A stretch of DNA of 64,000 nt. Origin: an uncultured Planctomycetota bacterium. Lineage in GTDB: Bacteria > Planctomycetota > Phycisphaerae > Tepidisphaerales > Tepidisphaeraceae. Numbering within the stretch: the stretch's first letter is position 1; every line of letters begins with the position of its first letter. The DNA lies in assembly GCA_963841915.1 (NCBI GenBank), contig CAWJEN010000003.1:64001-128000 (forward strand). The letters are read 5' to 3'. Positions 11,257 to 21,389 of this stretch are shown here, piece by piece. The position numbers were made by a program, and so were the translations under genes. A model generated the notes under the pieces. It was not told the DNA's origin, did no database searches, and worked only from the letters and a program-made list of their open reading frames with translations.

Positions 11257-12456
11257 ATGACGCTTCGTACTCGCCTTGTCGTCGCCGCCGCGGTTGCCGC
11301 GGCCTTTGTGCCCGCCGCCGCCGCGCAGGATCTGTTCGGCGTCACCGTCACCGCGCCGGGTGAAGATTCGGTCACCGTCACCGGCTCATCGCTCTTCGAC
11401 CTCGCCGAGAATGTCATCGAGAGCCTGGGCGAGTTCGAGAACTTCGAGGGCACCAGCTTCACCGGTAGCCTCGACTACGCCGGCCTCAATGATGCGATCA
11501 TCGTCAGCGGCGATGCCGCCAATGCCGATCAGGTGCGGGTGCAGATTCCCAGCATCGGTTTCGACCGTGTCTTCGACGACGAAGACGAAGCCGAGGAGTT
11601 CCTGCGGAACGACGGTGCCGACGTCGTCGCTGAATTTATCAGCGTCGTCAACCGACAGACGCTCGTCGGTGTCACCGACGGCAACCCGGCAGCGGTCACC
11701 GCCCTCATGGCTGACGACGCCTTCCGCAACTTTGGTGAGTTCCGCAACCCGTTCATCGGTTACACGCAGGGCGGTGACGCGCTTCGTCTGTACGGCAGTG
11801 CCGGCGTCATCTCGACCGACATCGGTGACGGCACGCTCTACGAAGGTGCCCTCACCGGCGGCTTCAAGTTCACAGACCGTGTCGGCCTCGTCCTCAGCTT
11901 TCCCGGCGGATACCGCGAGATCGAGGGCTCGCAGACGTTCTTCGGCGGCGCTCAGGTCGGCGTGCCGATCAAGATCGCCGGTGACGTGACCGACGACCAG
12001 CCGCTCATCTGGCAAGTCACGCCATACGGCCTCGCCAGCGTCGGCGGTAGCCAGGATCAACTTTCCGGTGGTGTCATCCTCGGTGGCGGCCTCGTCAACC
12101 TCCTCGGCGTCAAGCTCGGTGACTTCACCATCACCAGCGGCCAACAGCTTGTCGGTTACGGCGGCACACCCATCGAAGTCGGTGACTATCGCTTCGAAAC
12201 CGACGTCTCGCAAACGCTGCTCCGCCTCAGCCTCCAGGCCACCTACGGCGGCGTCGGGCAAACTGCCTACGTCACCGGCGGCGTCGCCTACACCGATTTT
12301 CTCGACGATGCGGCTGTCGACAACTACTTCAGCCCCCTGGCTGGCGTCGGCTTCCGACTCGGGGCCGGGAGCCTGTTCCGCATCGGCTACCGCGGCGACT
12401 TCGGCGACGGCTATGACACGCACCGCGGTGAAATTGAGCTTCGACTGGCCTACTAA
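11257..12456 (+). CDS. Secreted protein, probable outer-membrane beta-barrel C-terminal domain
   Basis: Signal peptide ending AAAQ; alternating amphipathic Gly/aromatic strands; terminal GEIELRLAY resembles a beta-signal. Confidence 0.6.
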   Translation: MTLRTRLVVAAAVAAAFVPAAAAQDLFGVTVTAPGEDSVTVTGSSLFDLAENVIESLGEFENFEGTSFTGSLDYAGLNDAIIVSGDAANADQVRVQIPSIGFDRVFDDEDEAEEFLRNDGADVVAEFISVVNRQTLVGVTDGNPAAVTALMADDAFRNFGEFRNPFIGYTQGGDALRLYGSAGVISTDIGDGTLYEGALTGGFKFTDRVGLVLSFPGGYREIEGSQTFFGGAQVGVPIKIAGDVTDDQPLIWQVTPYGLASVGGSQDQLSGGVILGGGLVNLLGVKLGDFTITSGQQLVGYGGTPIEVGDYRFETDVSQTLLRLSLQATYGGVGQTAYVTGGVAYTDFLDDAAVDNYFSPLAGVGFRLGAGSLFRIGYRGDFGDGYDTHRGEIELRLAY

Positions 12457-12507
12457 GCAGCTGTATGGCAACGTTCCCTTACGAAGGTTGCTAAGTTTCA
12501 GGCTCCC

Positions 12508-13722
12508 ATGCGCGTGCTCCACGTCATTTCCGGCATCCGACCTGCTGCCGGTGGAACCACGTTTGCCTTGGCCGGCCTGACCAAAGCACAAGCCGACGCC
12601 GGCCTCGATGTCGCGACCTTCAGCACGTTCCTCAAGGGCGACGACGCGCAGGGGCTCGAACTATTCGATCCGCGTGTCACGATGCACCGGCTGGGCCCGG
12701 CGACGAACCCGATGTCGCGGCACCCGGACCTGCCGGCGCGGGTGCAGCGTGCGGTCGAGCAGGCGGACATCGTGCACATCCACGGCCTGTGGGAGATGAG
12801 TCAACCGACCGCCGCCGAGGCCGCATGGCGGCAGGGCAAGCCGTACCTCATCACGCCGCACGGCATGCTCGAGCCCTGGTCCATGGGGCAAACGTTTGCG
12901 AAAGCGTTGAAAAAGCGCATTTACCTGTGGCTTAAGCTGCGTCGCTGGCTAAATCGTGCCTCGGCCATGCACGCAACGACGGAGCTCGAACAGACGAATC
13001 TGAAACGACTCGGCCTCAAGTCGCCGACGCTCGTCGAGTCGAACGGGCTGGACCTTGCAGAGTTTCGAGACCTCCCGGCTGGAGGCTTCCTCAGGCAACG
13101 GCACCCGGAGATCGGCGACCGACCGATTCTGCTGTTCCTCGCCCGCATCAACCGCAAGAAGGGCGTCGACGTACTGATGCGTGCATTCGTCAAGGCCAAG
13201 CAGTCGGCGGGCGATTCGCCGATGCGGGATGCGGTGCTGGTGCTGGCCGGTCCGAACACCGACGGCTACCTCGCCGAGATGATGCAGATCGCCAAAGCGG
13301 GCGGCGTGGCAGACGACATCCTTGCCACCGGGCTGCTCGACAAGGATGAACGGGTGGCGGCCCTTGTAGACGCGGACTTGTTCGTCCTGAGCAGTTACAA
13401 CGAGAACTACGGCATCGCTGTCATCGAGTCCATGGCCGCCGGCACGCCCGTGTTGATCAGCGACCAGGTGCAATGCCATCCGGAAGTCACCGCTGCAGAC
13501 GCGGGAGATGTGCTACCAGTCGATTCTGACGCATTTGCAGAGAAGATGATTCAGCGGCTAATATTGCCGAAAGAGCTCACAGCTGCAGGAATGCGCGGCC
13601 GTGCGCACGCTCTCGCCTCCTTGGGTTGGGGAGCGGTGGCGACGCGTTGGGTGAAACACTACACCAAGATGGTCGCTACAGTAAGCAAGAAGGCGGTCCG
13701 CGAGGGTGGAGCGTCTGACTAA
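12508..13722 (+). CDS. Glycosyltransferase family 4
   Basis: HIHGLW, TPHGML, KKGVD, ENYGIAVIESMAAG (E-x7-E). Confidence 0.92.
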   Translation: MRVLHVISGIRPAAGGTTFALAGLTKAQADAGLDVATFSTFLKGDDAQGLELFDPRVTMHRLGPATNPMSRHPDLPARVQRAVEQADIVHIHGLWEMSQPTAAEAAWRQGKPYLITPHGMLEPWSMGQTFAKALKKRIYLWLKLRRWLNRASAMHATTELEQTNLKRLGLKSPTLVESNGLDLAEFRDLPAGGFLRQRHPEIGDRPILLFLARINRKKGVDVLMRAFVKAKQSAGDSPMRDAVLVLAGPNTDGYLAEMMQIAKAGGVADDILATGLLDKDERVAALVDADLFVLSSYNENYGIAVIESMAAGTPVLISDQVQCHPEVTAADAGDVLPVDSDAFAEKMIQRLILPKELTAAGMRGRAHALASLGWGAVATRWVKHYTKMVATVSKKAVREGGASD

Positions 13723-13733
13723 CGACCTTCTTG

Positions 13734-14921
13734 ATGAATGTCCTGCACGTCATCTCCGGCATTCGAGCTGCCGCGGGTGGTACGACCTTTGCGCTTGCTG
13801 GTTTAACGGCTGCACAAGCGGCCGCCGGACTTGACGTCACGGTCCTGAGCTTGTGGCGTGAGGGCGCTGAAGACGATGGGCCGGAGCTTTTCGATGATCG
13901 CGTGAGAATGGTCCGGGTGGGCCCGGTCAATCGCCCGCTCGCCAATTGCGAAGGTCTTGATAGCGAAGTGCGACGTCGCGTTGAAGACGCAGACATCGTC
14001 CATATTCACGGACTTTGGGAGAGCGTTCAGCACTATGCCGCCCGCGAGGCTCGCAAATTAAAGCGTCCGTATGTGGTGACGCCGCACGGCATGCTGTCGC
14101 CTTGGGCGCTGAGCCAATCGGTCAGGCAGTGGATCGTTAAACGGTTGTATCTGGCATGGCGTCTCAGGCGTGACCTGAACCAAGCTGCAGCCATCAACTA
14201 CACGACGTCGACCGAGCGGGATAATGCCAAGCCGCTCGGCCTGCGGTCACCGGCACTAATCGAGCCCAACGGCGTGGATCTAGACGAGTTTAAGACGCTA
14301 CCGCCGAAGGGATTTCTGCGGAAACGGTTCCCAGCAATCGGCGACCGGCCGATCTTGCTGTTTTTGGGTCGTCTGCACCCGGTGAAGGGGCTCGACATCA
14401 CCGTTCCGGCTTTTGCGAAGGCGGTCAAAGAGGCACCGTCTGGATCGCGAGTGAGTCAAGCCTGCCTGGTCGTGGCAGGTCCGGACAGAGACGACTACAC
14501 GCCCGAGATCACTCGAATGGCAGCAGATGCCGACGTTGCAAATCGCTTGTTTTTTACCGGAATGCTCGACCCGATTGACCGTGTCGCTGCTCTCTTAGAC
14601 GGCGACATGTTCATTCTGAGCAGTTACAGCGAGAACTACGGCATCAGCGTGATTGAAGCGATGGCGGCCGGGCTGCCAGTCCTGGTGAGCGATCAGGTCC
14701 AGTGCCACCCAGAAGTCACTGCTGCCGACGCGGGCGACGTTTTGCCGATGGAGATCAACGACTTCGCTGAGGCGATTTCGAGTCGGTTTCCCGATGCCGA
14801 GGGCTTGGTGGCAGCGGGCAAGCGGGGGCGGGACCACGTGATGGCAAACCTTGGATGGCGTGCGGTGGCCGAGCGGTGGGTCGAGCACTACGGCAAGCTG
14901 CTAAGCAATCACCGCGGCTGA
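13734..14921 (+). CDS. Glycosyltransferase family 4, tandem paralog of the upstream gene
   Basis: Same motifs; shared blocks VLHVISGIR.AAGGTTFALAGLT and SDQVQCHPEVTAADAGDVLP. Confidence 0.92.
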   Translation: MNVLHVISGIRAAAGGTTFALAGLTAAQAAAGLDVTVLSLWREGAEDDGPELFDDRVRMVRVGPVNRPLANCEGLDSEVRRRVEDADIVHIHGLWESVQHYAAREARKLKRPYVVTPHGMLSPWALSQSVRQWIVKRLYLAWRLRRDLNQAAAINYTTSTERDNAKPLGLRSPALIEPNGVDLDEFKTLPPKGFLRKRFPAIGDRPILLFLGRLHPVKGLDITVPAFAKAVKEAPSGSRVSQACLVVAGPDRDDYTPEITRMAADADVANRLFFTGMLDPIDRVAALLDGDMFILSSYSENYGISVIEAMAAGLPVLVSDQVQCHPEVTAADAGDVLPMEINDFAEAISSRFPDAEGLVAAGKRGRDHVMANLGWRAVAERWVEHYGKLLSNHRG

Positions 14922-15667
14922 GGCACGCCCGCGGCTGCGATGGCTCGCCGCATGTCCTCTTCGTACGTGGCGGCAAGGGCTTCGAGGCGCTCGCGACTCG
15001 GTCGCATGTCTTTGCCGACGATTCGGCGAATGGCAAACATAAGCTTGCCCCAATACTTGTGCCGAACCGGTAGCGGGCGATGTTCGTCCCGCAGTGGCCC
15101 CGTGAAGTGAAGGACGTGGCGGTCGGGTGCTTTGGAATCGGTGCTGTTCCACTCCGGGCCGATGACTTGCACGGCCGGATGACCGGTGGCGTGTTGGATG
15201 AAGTGGCCGTTCTCGTACGCGGTCCGAATGTCGGCAGGGGCGGCCTTGCCGGAGTCGTTGAGCATCGTCTCGAAGATGTTGCCGACCTCCGCCCGGTTGC
15301 GGGAGAACAAGACCCCAGAGTTGAAGTTGCCGCTCAATCCTTCAGCCGCGAATAGACCGGCATTCGGGTAGGTCTTACCGAGGCTGCGTGGGTCGGGTGC
15401 GGTTGAGCGGACAAGACAGTCTGCGTCGAAGAATGCGACCCACCCGACGGTCTCTGCCGGTTCAAGGAGCAGACGCCGAAGCATGGCGATTTTGAGCCAG
15501 GCCGCCTCTCGCGGGGTCAGGCCGTACCGGCCAGACAACAGGAGGTAGCCGGCCCCGAGCCGCGCGGCATATGCCCGCTGCGACGCGAGGCAGTCCGACC
15601 AGACGTGCTGATAGCCGTTGGTCGCGACGGAGAAGATGACGAGGTTGTCCCCACTCGGTGACGTCAC
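14909..15667 (-). CDS. GT-A glycosyltransferase, GT34/MNN10-like
   Basis: YA..GY, AWLKI, FFDAD (DxD), FNSGV, WN, HF.G; GTGA overlap with the upstream gene. Confidence 0.7.
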   Translation of the reverse strand: MTSPSGDNLVIFSVATNGYQHVWSDCLASQRAYAARLGAGYLLLSGRYGLTPREAAWLKIAMLRRLLLEPAETVGWVAFFDADCLVRSTAPDPRSLGKTYPNAGLFAAEGLSGNFNSGVLFSRNRAEVGNIFETMLNDSGKAAPADIRTAYENGHFIQHATGHPAVQVIGPEWNSTDSKAPDRHVLHFTGPLRDEHRPLPVRHKYWGKLMFAIRRIVGKDMRPSRERLEALAATYEEDMRRAIAAAGVPQPR

Positions 15668-16749
15668 GGGCGGCACAGCGTAAGGAAGTCATCCAGGAGC
15701 GGATTAAATCGCTCGCGAAAACGGGAAAATCGGAAGTGTTTCTGCCAATGGTCGCGACCGGCGTCGCCGAATCGCCAGGCGGTGGAGCTGTCGGTCAGCA
15801 GGCGGACGAGACGGTCGACGAGGACGTTCTGGGCGTCGGGCTGATCGAGGTCGACGTTGTAGCCCGTGACATCATCGACATTGACCTCGTGCGCTGCGTC
15901 CTGCACCGACGCGATGGCGGGCACGCCGTGACGCATGGCCTCGATGTAGACGAGCCCAAAGCCTTCGCCGCGAGAAGGCATCGCCAGCACGTCCACGTCG
16001 GCCCAGAGCTGCGGCATGTCAGCCTCGGGAACGAAACCGAGGAACTCGACACCCTCACCGGCGGCGGCTTCGAGCTCGTCGCGGTCCGGTCCTCTGCCGA
16101 CGACGAGCAAGCGAGCATTCGGCACGCTCTGGCGGACGAGGGGCCAGGCGTCGAACAGTTCGCGGTGCCCTTTGTAGCCACCTTCGAGGCGGCCGAGGAT
16201 GACGGCTGTAGGTGGGCGATCGGGCGTGGAAGGCGGCATTGTCGGCAGGTCATCGGTCTTGGTCGCGAGCCAGCAGACCTTGGCCCGGGCCATGCGGGCG
16301 TCGGTCTTGGCGGCACGGTCCCGGGTATAGGCCGTGTTGCTCAGAAGCAGATCAGCCCGGGCCGCCCAGAGGGCGCGGTCGGGTCGCCAATCGTGGCCGG
16401 GCCAGACCTCGATGCCGTGGATCCAGTCGAGGTGCGGCCGACGGAGGCCCGGCAGGCGACAGTGTGCACGCGCCATGCCGACGAAGTCGTAGACGAATCC
16501 ATCGGCCCGCAAGGCGGCAAGTTGGACCCTTGCAAAGAAGCTGGCTTTGGAGCCGCCGCAGACGGTTTGTGGCAGCGAGATGTCAGCGGCCGGCTGCTTG
16601 TCCTTCAGCACGATCGCGCGGCACTGCAGCTCGCCTGCCGCCTGCCGCTCGTTCAGGACGCGGGCCATGAGTCGGGCGACGCGGCAGATGCCACCGTTAC
16701 CGGCGTCGAGGCTGTCGACTGCGAGGATGAGGCGCGTTGGCCGAGGCAT
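15664..16749 (-). CDS. Glycosyltransferase family 4
   Basis: HGIE, YKGH, EGFGLVYIEAMRHG. Confidence 0.92.
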   Translation of the reverse strand: MPRPTRLILAVDSLDAGNGGICRVARLMARVLNERQAAGELQCRAIVLKDKQPAADISLPQTVCGGSKASFFARVQLAALRADGFVYDFVGMARAHCRLPGLRRPHLDWIHGIEVWPGHDWRPDRALWAARADLLLSNTAYTRDRAAKTDARMARAKVCWLATKTDDLPTMPPSTPDRPPTAVILGRLEGGYKGHRELFDAWPLVRQSVPNARLLVVGRGPDRDELEAAAGEGVEFLGFVPEADMPQLWADVDVLAMPSRGEGFGLVYIEAMRHGVPAIASVQDAAHEVNVDDVTGYNVDLDQPDAQNVLVDRLVRLLTDSSTAWRFGDAGRDHWQKHFRFSRFRERFNPLLDDFLTLCRP

Positions 16750-16755
16750 GTGTTA

Positions 16756-18273
16756 CTAGAACCCGGCGGCACTGACGGGAGGGCCCAGAACGTCACGCGT
16801 CGCCTCCGGCCTTAGGGCCAGTTGACGCGTCGACTGCGCTGGGGCAGGAAGTACGCCTTCGTGTTCGAATACCACGGGCAGATCACCATCCTGCGGCGTC
16901 TCGGCGACGTTGCGGCGTGCCAGGAAGCCGAAGAAGAGACCGGTCGACACCATCCAGACGGTCTGGCTTGCGCCGTTACCGAGCACCGTGTGACTTTTGA
17001 AGAAGAACCAACCTGCCGCACCAAGGGCGACCGCCATCGCAGCCACACCCGCCAGCGGCACATTGCCGAGGGTCGACAGCCGCACCCATGCCAGAAACGG
17101 CAAGCCGGCAAAAACCAACACGAAGCACGCAAGCCCGACGTAGCCCGTTTCGCGGAAGATGAGTGCGGTGCCGGTGTCGGCAACGCTCTCGAAGCGGGAC
17201 AGGTCCTGGCTGTTGATGACGTTGCGGACGGCACCGGCTGTTCCAATACCCTGGCCAAACATCGGCGGGACGCTGGAGCCGGCAACCTCGCTCTGGAAGA
17301 AGAACAGCCGGTCGCTGATGACTTCGAAGGTCAGCGCCCGCTCATAAAAGCTGGCATCGGTCTCGGCCGTGCTTGCGTCCTGGTTCGGGATCAACACCGA
17401 GGCGACGGCAGCGACCACGATGAGAAGCACACCACCAAAGACGGCTCGACCGGCGACAGCGGTGCTGCTGATGTTGCTCCGCAGCAGGCCCAGCGACACG
17501 GCAGCGACGGAGAGGATTGTGATGAGCACGCCGATCCGTACGCGGGCGACATAAATGCCGTACAGGCACAGCACCAGCAAAATGGTGAGCGGCACCCGAC
17601 GCCGCAGGTTCGCCTGGTCGAAGAGCATCGCAAACGTGAATGTGGCAACGGCCATCAGCACCAGCGACAGCACCTGGGCCGAGTTGAACGAGCCTTCGTT
17701 GAACCGCCCACCGGCCATGACGTGAGCTTCTTTGTAGATGTTGACTTGCAAGAAGCCGGGCAGCAGGCCGCGGGCGTTTTCCTGCATGAACGTCAGGAAC
17801 AGCGTGATACTGACGCCGACGACGCCCACGCGGAACAGCAAGCGTGCCAGCGGCGGACTTTGTCCGACGAGCAAGCCCGTCAGAAACAACGCGGGCGCGA
17901 TGGCATACGTTCGGCCGATCGCCAGCGGTACGCTCGGCTTGAAAAACTCGGCCGTGACCATGAGCCCGCTGATCGCTACTACGAGCAGCCACGGCACGAA
18001 CAAGACAAGCAGTCCCTTGTACTTGAGCGGCTGCTGGATCGCCCAAAGGCCGATAAAGAAGAAGAGCAAATCCTTGATCGCGGTGACGTACACCGGGCGC
18101 CCGGGCAGGGCCTTGCGAATCGTCTCATCGATGAAGAAAAGCGACAGAGCAGTTACGACGGCAAATGTCACCCACTGCGGCACGAAGAGCCCGCCGACCC
18201 TGTGTTGGTCGTCTTGCGAAGTCGTCGCCAGCCCAAACGAAGCGGGGGTGTAGTGCGAGAGGCTTTGCGTCAT
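16756..18273 (-). CDS. Polytopic membrane protein, putative Wzy polymerase / O-antigen ligase-like
   Basis: About 11-12 hydrophobic segments, large loop with FGQGIG then ETGYVG; sits in a polysaccharide cluster. Confidence 0.65.
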   Translation of the reverse strand: MTQSLSHYTPASFGLATTSQDDQHRVGGLFVPQWVTFAVVTALSLFFIDETIRKALPGRPVYVTAIKDLLFFFIGLWAIQQPLKYKGLLVLFVPWLLVVAISGLMVTAEFFKPSVPLAIGRTYAIAPALFLTGLLVGQSPPLARLLFRVGVVGVSITLFLTFMQENARGLLPGFLQVNIYKEAHVMAGGRFNEGSFNSAQVLSLVLMAVATFTFAMLFDQANLRRRVPLTILLVLCLYGIYVARVRIGVLITILSVAAVSLGLLRSNISSTAVAGRAVFGGVLLIVVAAVASVLIPNQDASTAETDASFYERALTFEVISDRLFFFQSEVAGSSVPPMFGQGIGTAGAVRNVINSQDLSRFESVADTGTALIFRETGYVGLACFVLVFAGLPFLAWVRLSTLGNVPLAGVAAMAVALGAAGWFFFKSHTVLGNGASQTVWMVSTGLFFGFLARRNVAETPQDGDLPVVFEHEGVLPAPAQSTRQLALRPEATRDVLGPPVSAAGF

Positions 18274-18311
18274 GGCATCATCGGGTGCATCGGCACGTGG
18301 GCACGGGTAGT

Positions 18312-19583
18312 TCAGCGTACCGCAGGAACAACCCTTGTCTCAAGACCTTCCAATGGGTCTTGCTCTGGCAGGTAATGCTGCTGGGCCGCGTCGAGCATCT
18401 GTCGGCTCCGCCGGCTACCGCGAAGCAGGCGCCGGCCGACGATGGCGAGCGACGCGACGAGTGATAACAACACCATCGGCAACAGCCAGCACGCAGCCGT
18501 GAGTCGCACACGCACCGGCACGACAGCTGCGTCGACATCGTTCAGCACGCGTGCAAAAGCGGCCTCGGCTGACGTGCGTAGCTCCTCCATCGCCTCGGCA
18601 TCGGCGGTGCCGACAAGGCCGTCGTGGTCGGCGAGCGCTGCGGGCCTGACTGCCTTGCCGTTGAATCTGGCGTCGTCGAGCAGGTGATCGACTTTGGCTT
18701 CGTAGCTGACCGCCAGAAGCGGCCCACCCACGGCCAGCGCCAGATGAACGACGTGCAGCCGCATCGCCAGCGTCGCGGCAGCGCCGGCGACGAGACTCGC
18801 TGCTTCGTCGACATCGCGCGGCCACACGACGCGAACAAGGAGCGAATCAGCATCCAGGCGAGCCTTGATCTGCTCCAGCAGCACGATGTCAGGCGTCTCG
18901 GCGGCCAGGAGGAGCACGGTCTTTACATGGAACTCGTCCGCCAGTCGGCGGGCGGCACTAACGGCGGCTTCTTCGGTCAGGCCTTCGGTCTGGCGGACGT
19001 TGACCATCACGTAGGGCGGCAACGTCTTGGTCTGTCGCTGCAGATCGGCCAGCACAGCCAGGTCAGGAGCGACAAAAGCAAGCGCACTGGGGGCCATGCC
19101 TCGCACCCGCGCGACGGAGGCTTCGTCCCGGACGTACACCGCCGCCGCGTTGCCCAGCAGGAAGGTCGCCATCTTCCGAAGCAGTGGCCGCCGAATCGGT
19201 CGCACGCCCAGCCCGACGTAGGCGATCGCGTGGCCCCGCACCAGTGACACCATCGCGTCGGCGGCGTATCGCGGGATCGACTGCCACGTGTAGACATCCT
19301 CAAGCAGGCCACCACCACCGATGAGCAGGCCGCAGGAACGTCCGCGTCGCGCGAGCGATTTGAGCCAGTCGGGGTAAGGCCACCAGCCTTGAAGAATCTG
19401 CGACCGCTCTTGCCCGGCGAGGGCGAATTGCCTGGTAGTCCTTGCGTTGAAGGTGTGCAGGACAGCCAGATGCTCCGGCCGTAGCCGTCGAAGCGTGTCA
19501 ACGATCGCCCGTGCGAGCAGCTCGTCGCCCAGATTCGGTGCGCCGAAGAAGCCGACGGAGCCGTAGGTCTTGTCGCTACTCAT
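18312..19583 (-). CDS. Polysaccharide pyruvyl transferase (CsaB/WcaK-like)
   Basis: GFFGAPNLGDE, IGGGGLLED, VRD, APDL, MRLH; ATG 19583 overlaps the wzx stop. Confidence 0.88.
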   Translation of the reverse strand: MSSDKTYGSVGFFGAPNLGDELLARAIVDTLRRLRPEHLAVLHTFNARTTRQFALAGQERSQILQGWWPYPDWLKSLARRGRSCGLLIGGGGLLEDVYTWQSIPRYAADAMVSLVRGHAIAYVGLGVRPIRRPLLRKMATFLLGNAAAVYVRDEASVARVRGMAPSALAFVAPDLAVLADLQRQTKTLPPYVMVNVRQTEGLTEEAAVSAARRLADEFHVKTVLLLAAETPDIVLLEQIKARLDADSLLVRVVWPRDVDEAASLVAGAAATLAMRLHVVHLALAVGGPLLAVSYEAKVDHLLDDARFNGKAVRPAALADHDGLVGTADAEAMEELRTSAEAAFARVLNDVDAAVVPVRVRLTAACWLLPMVLLSLVASLAIVGRRLLRGSRRSRQMLDAAQQHYLPEQDPLEGLETRVVPAVR

Positions 19584-21277
19584 GCGGTGGCTCCTCGCGT
19601 GCTCCAGCGTGATAGCGGACGTCCACCGGCGGCCAGTCGGTGGGGCGGCCAGACGCTGGCACCTGCCGACCACAACATCACCGCAAGCGACGAGGCATAG
19701 ACGATGCCGAAGACGACGACGTTGATCAGGAAGACGACAAGCTCCGGCACGCCTAGCTCCCGCGGCACCGCGGCGGTGACGAGCGTTGCGGCAAGGCTGG
19801 CCACGGCAGGCTCGAAGAACGGCCGCATCAGGCTTGCCAGTGATAGCCCGAGAAGCTGCTTGACGCGGATCGGCACCAAGACGCCCTGCACAACGAAGAC
19901 CACCGCCAGCAGCCCGACCGACGGCATGTAGATGCCGATCTTTTCGGGCACGGACCATGCCAGCACAAGACCCAGCAAGGGGCCGACAATGCCAGAGATG
20001 AGGCTCAGCAGCGCGTATTGCCGCACCTTGCCGATGCCGTAGAGGATTCGGGTAAGACACCCGGCCGCCGACAGGACGACAATCGATGGCACGAGCAGTC
20101 GCACGTTATCGGCCATGAGCGGTAGGACGATCTGCGGGTCATCGACCTGTCCGCCGAGCCAGACGCGGAGCACGAGGTCGGCTGTCAGCATGAGTCCCGC
20201 ACCGGCGGGCAGCATCACGATCGCGACGAGCGTCATGTTGACCCGAACCAGCCGCGACATGTTCTTACCAGCAGTGTCCTTGTCACGAGACCGTCTGGCC
20301 TCTGCGTCGACACGAACCGCCACCGCCTGCAGGCCATCGGTGACGCCGGTGCCGATCATTTGCACGTACCCGCTGAGCTGGACGGCGATGGCGTAGATCG
20401 TGTTTCCGACGAGCCCGAAGAGGGCGAACATGACGAATTGCGGCGCACGCCAGACGAGGTTGTTGGCCAGCGTGTTGATGAAGTTCCACCCGCCGACGGA
20501 GAAGAATCGGCCGATGAGCCGCTTGCGCATCCGATCTGGCCGCGGAAACAGACGCGTGTCGACCCGGACCTGCGTGGCCACAATGGTGAGGCAGATGAGC
20601 GCGGTGCAGGCCGTCGAGACAATGCCGTAGACGATGACAAGCCCCGGCTGACCCCACGCGGTGGTGAGGCTTGCGATGAAGGCGCAACCGCTGCCGATGA
20701 GCATCGGAAAGCGCATGGCCACGCGATAGGCGTTGTGCTGCCCCATCTTCTCGCGGACAAGCAGCAGGTTCATCCACGGGCTGCTCATGAGCTCGACGAC
20801 GACGGCCAGCCCACTCAGCGCCAGCAACCATCCGGCAGCATTTGCCAGCCCCGCCGGGATCTTGAGCTGATCGACGAACGGCACGATCGCGCCGACGATG
20901 ATGCCGACGACACCTGCTGCCATCCAAGCCAGTGCGACTGCAGTTTGGAAGGAGGCTTCGAGCCGCTTAGGCGAGTGGTGATAGGCGCTGCCCAGCTCCC
21001 TCACCATGCTGCCGGTGATGACGTTGCTGGCGATGGCGGCCATGCCTGTCGTGGAGCCGAGCAGGGCGACCAGGCCGAAGCCGTCGTTCCCGACGACGCC
21101 CATGAGCAGGGGCACGTGAATGATGCCGAGGGCAAAGGTGCCGAGCAGCCGTGCGTAGTTGGTAACAAGCCGCCAGACGGTGGTCGAGCCCCGCCGGTTC
21201 TTGACGACGGCGTCTGCCGAACCGCCCACCGACTCATACGGCACGGTGGTGGCGGCGGAAACTCGGTCGTCGTTCAT
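19580..21277 (-). CDS. Wzx/MOP-family polysaccharide flippase
   Basis: About 12-14 TM segments, P.L..VG.DGFG, G..IYAIA pattern; cluster context. Confidence 0.8.
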   Translation of the reverse strand: MNDDRVSAATTVPYESVGGSADAVVKNRRGSTTVWRLVTNYARLLGTFALGIIHVPLLMGVVGNDGFGLVALLGSTTGMAAIASNVITGSMVRELGSAYHHSPKRLEASFQTAVALAWMAAGVVGIIVGAIVPFVDQLKIPAGLANAAGWLLALSGLAVVVELMSSPWMNLLLVREKMGQHNAYRVAMRFPMLIGSGCAFIASLTTAWGQPGLVIVYGIVSTACTALICLTIVATQVRVDTRLFPRPDRMRKRLIGRFFSVGGWNFINTLANNLVWRAPQFVMFALFGLVGNTIYAIAVQLSGYVQMIGTGVTDGLQAVAVRVDAEARRSRDKDTAGKNMSRLVRVNMTLVAIVMLPAGAGLMLTADLVLRVWLGGQVDDPQIVLPLMADNVRLLVPSIVVLSAAGCLTRILYGIGKVRQYALLSLISGIVGPLLGLVLAWSVPEKIGIYMPSVGLLAVVFVVQGVLVPIRVKQLLGLSLASLMRPFFEPAVASLAATLVTAAVPRELGVPELVVFLINVVVFGIVYASSLAVMLWSAGASVWPPHRLAAGGRPLSRWSTRGATA

Positions 21278-21324
21278 GAACTTGTTGACGGCAAGCGGAC
21301 CCCCTGCAGCACATACATCGGCAA

Positions 21325-21353
21325 CAGTCCCGGGCCAGCGTAGCCCGGGACTG
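21325..21353. other. Perfect 11-bp intergenic hairpin
   Basis: CAGTCCCGGGC-7 nt-GCCCGGGACTG; no U-tract. Confidence 0.55.
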
Positions 21354-21389
21354 CAGTCTTGCCAGTTGATGAACCTGCCACAAACGTCG

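Noticed and set aside
19584..20060. N-terminal extension of the 582-aa ORF 18312..20060
   Set aside because: Overlaps wzx in another frame; homology begins at ATG 19583
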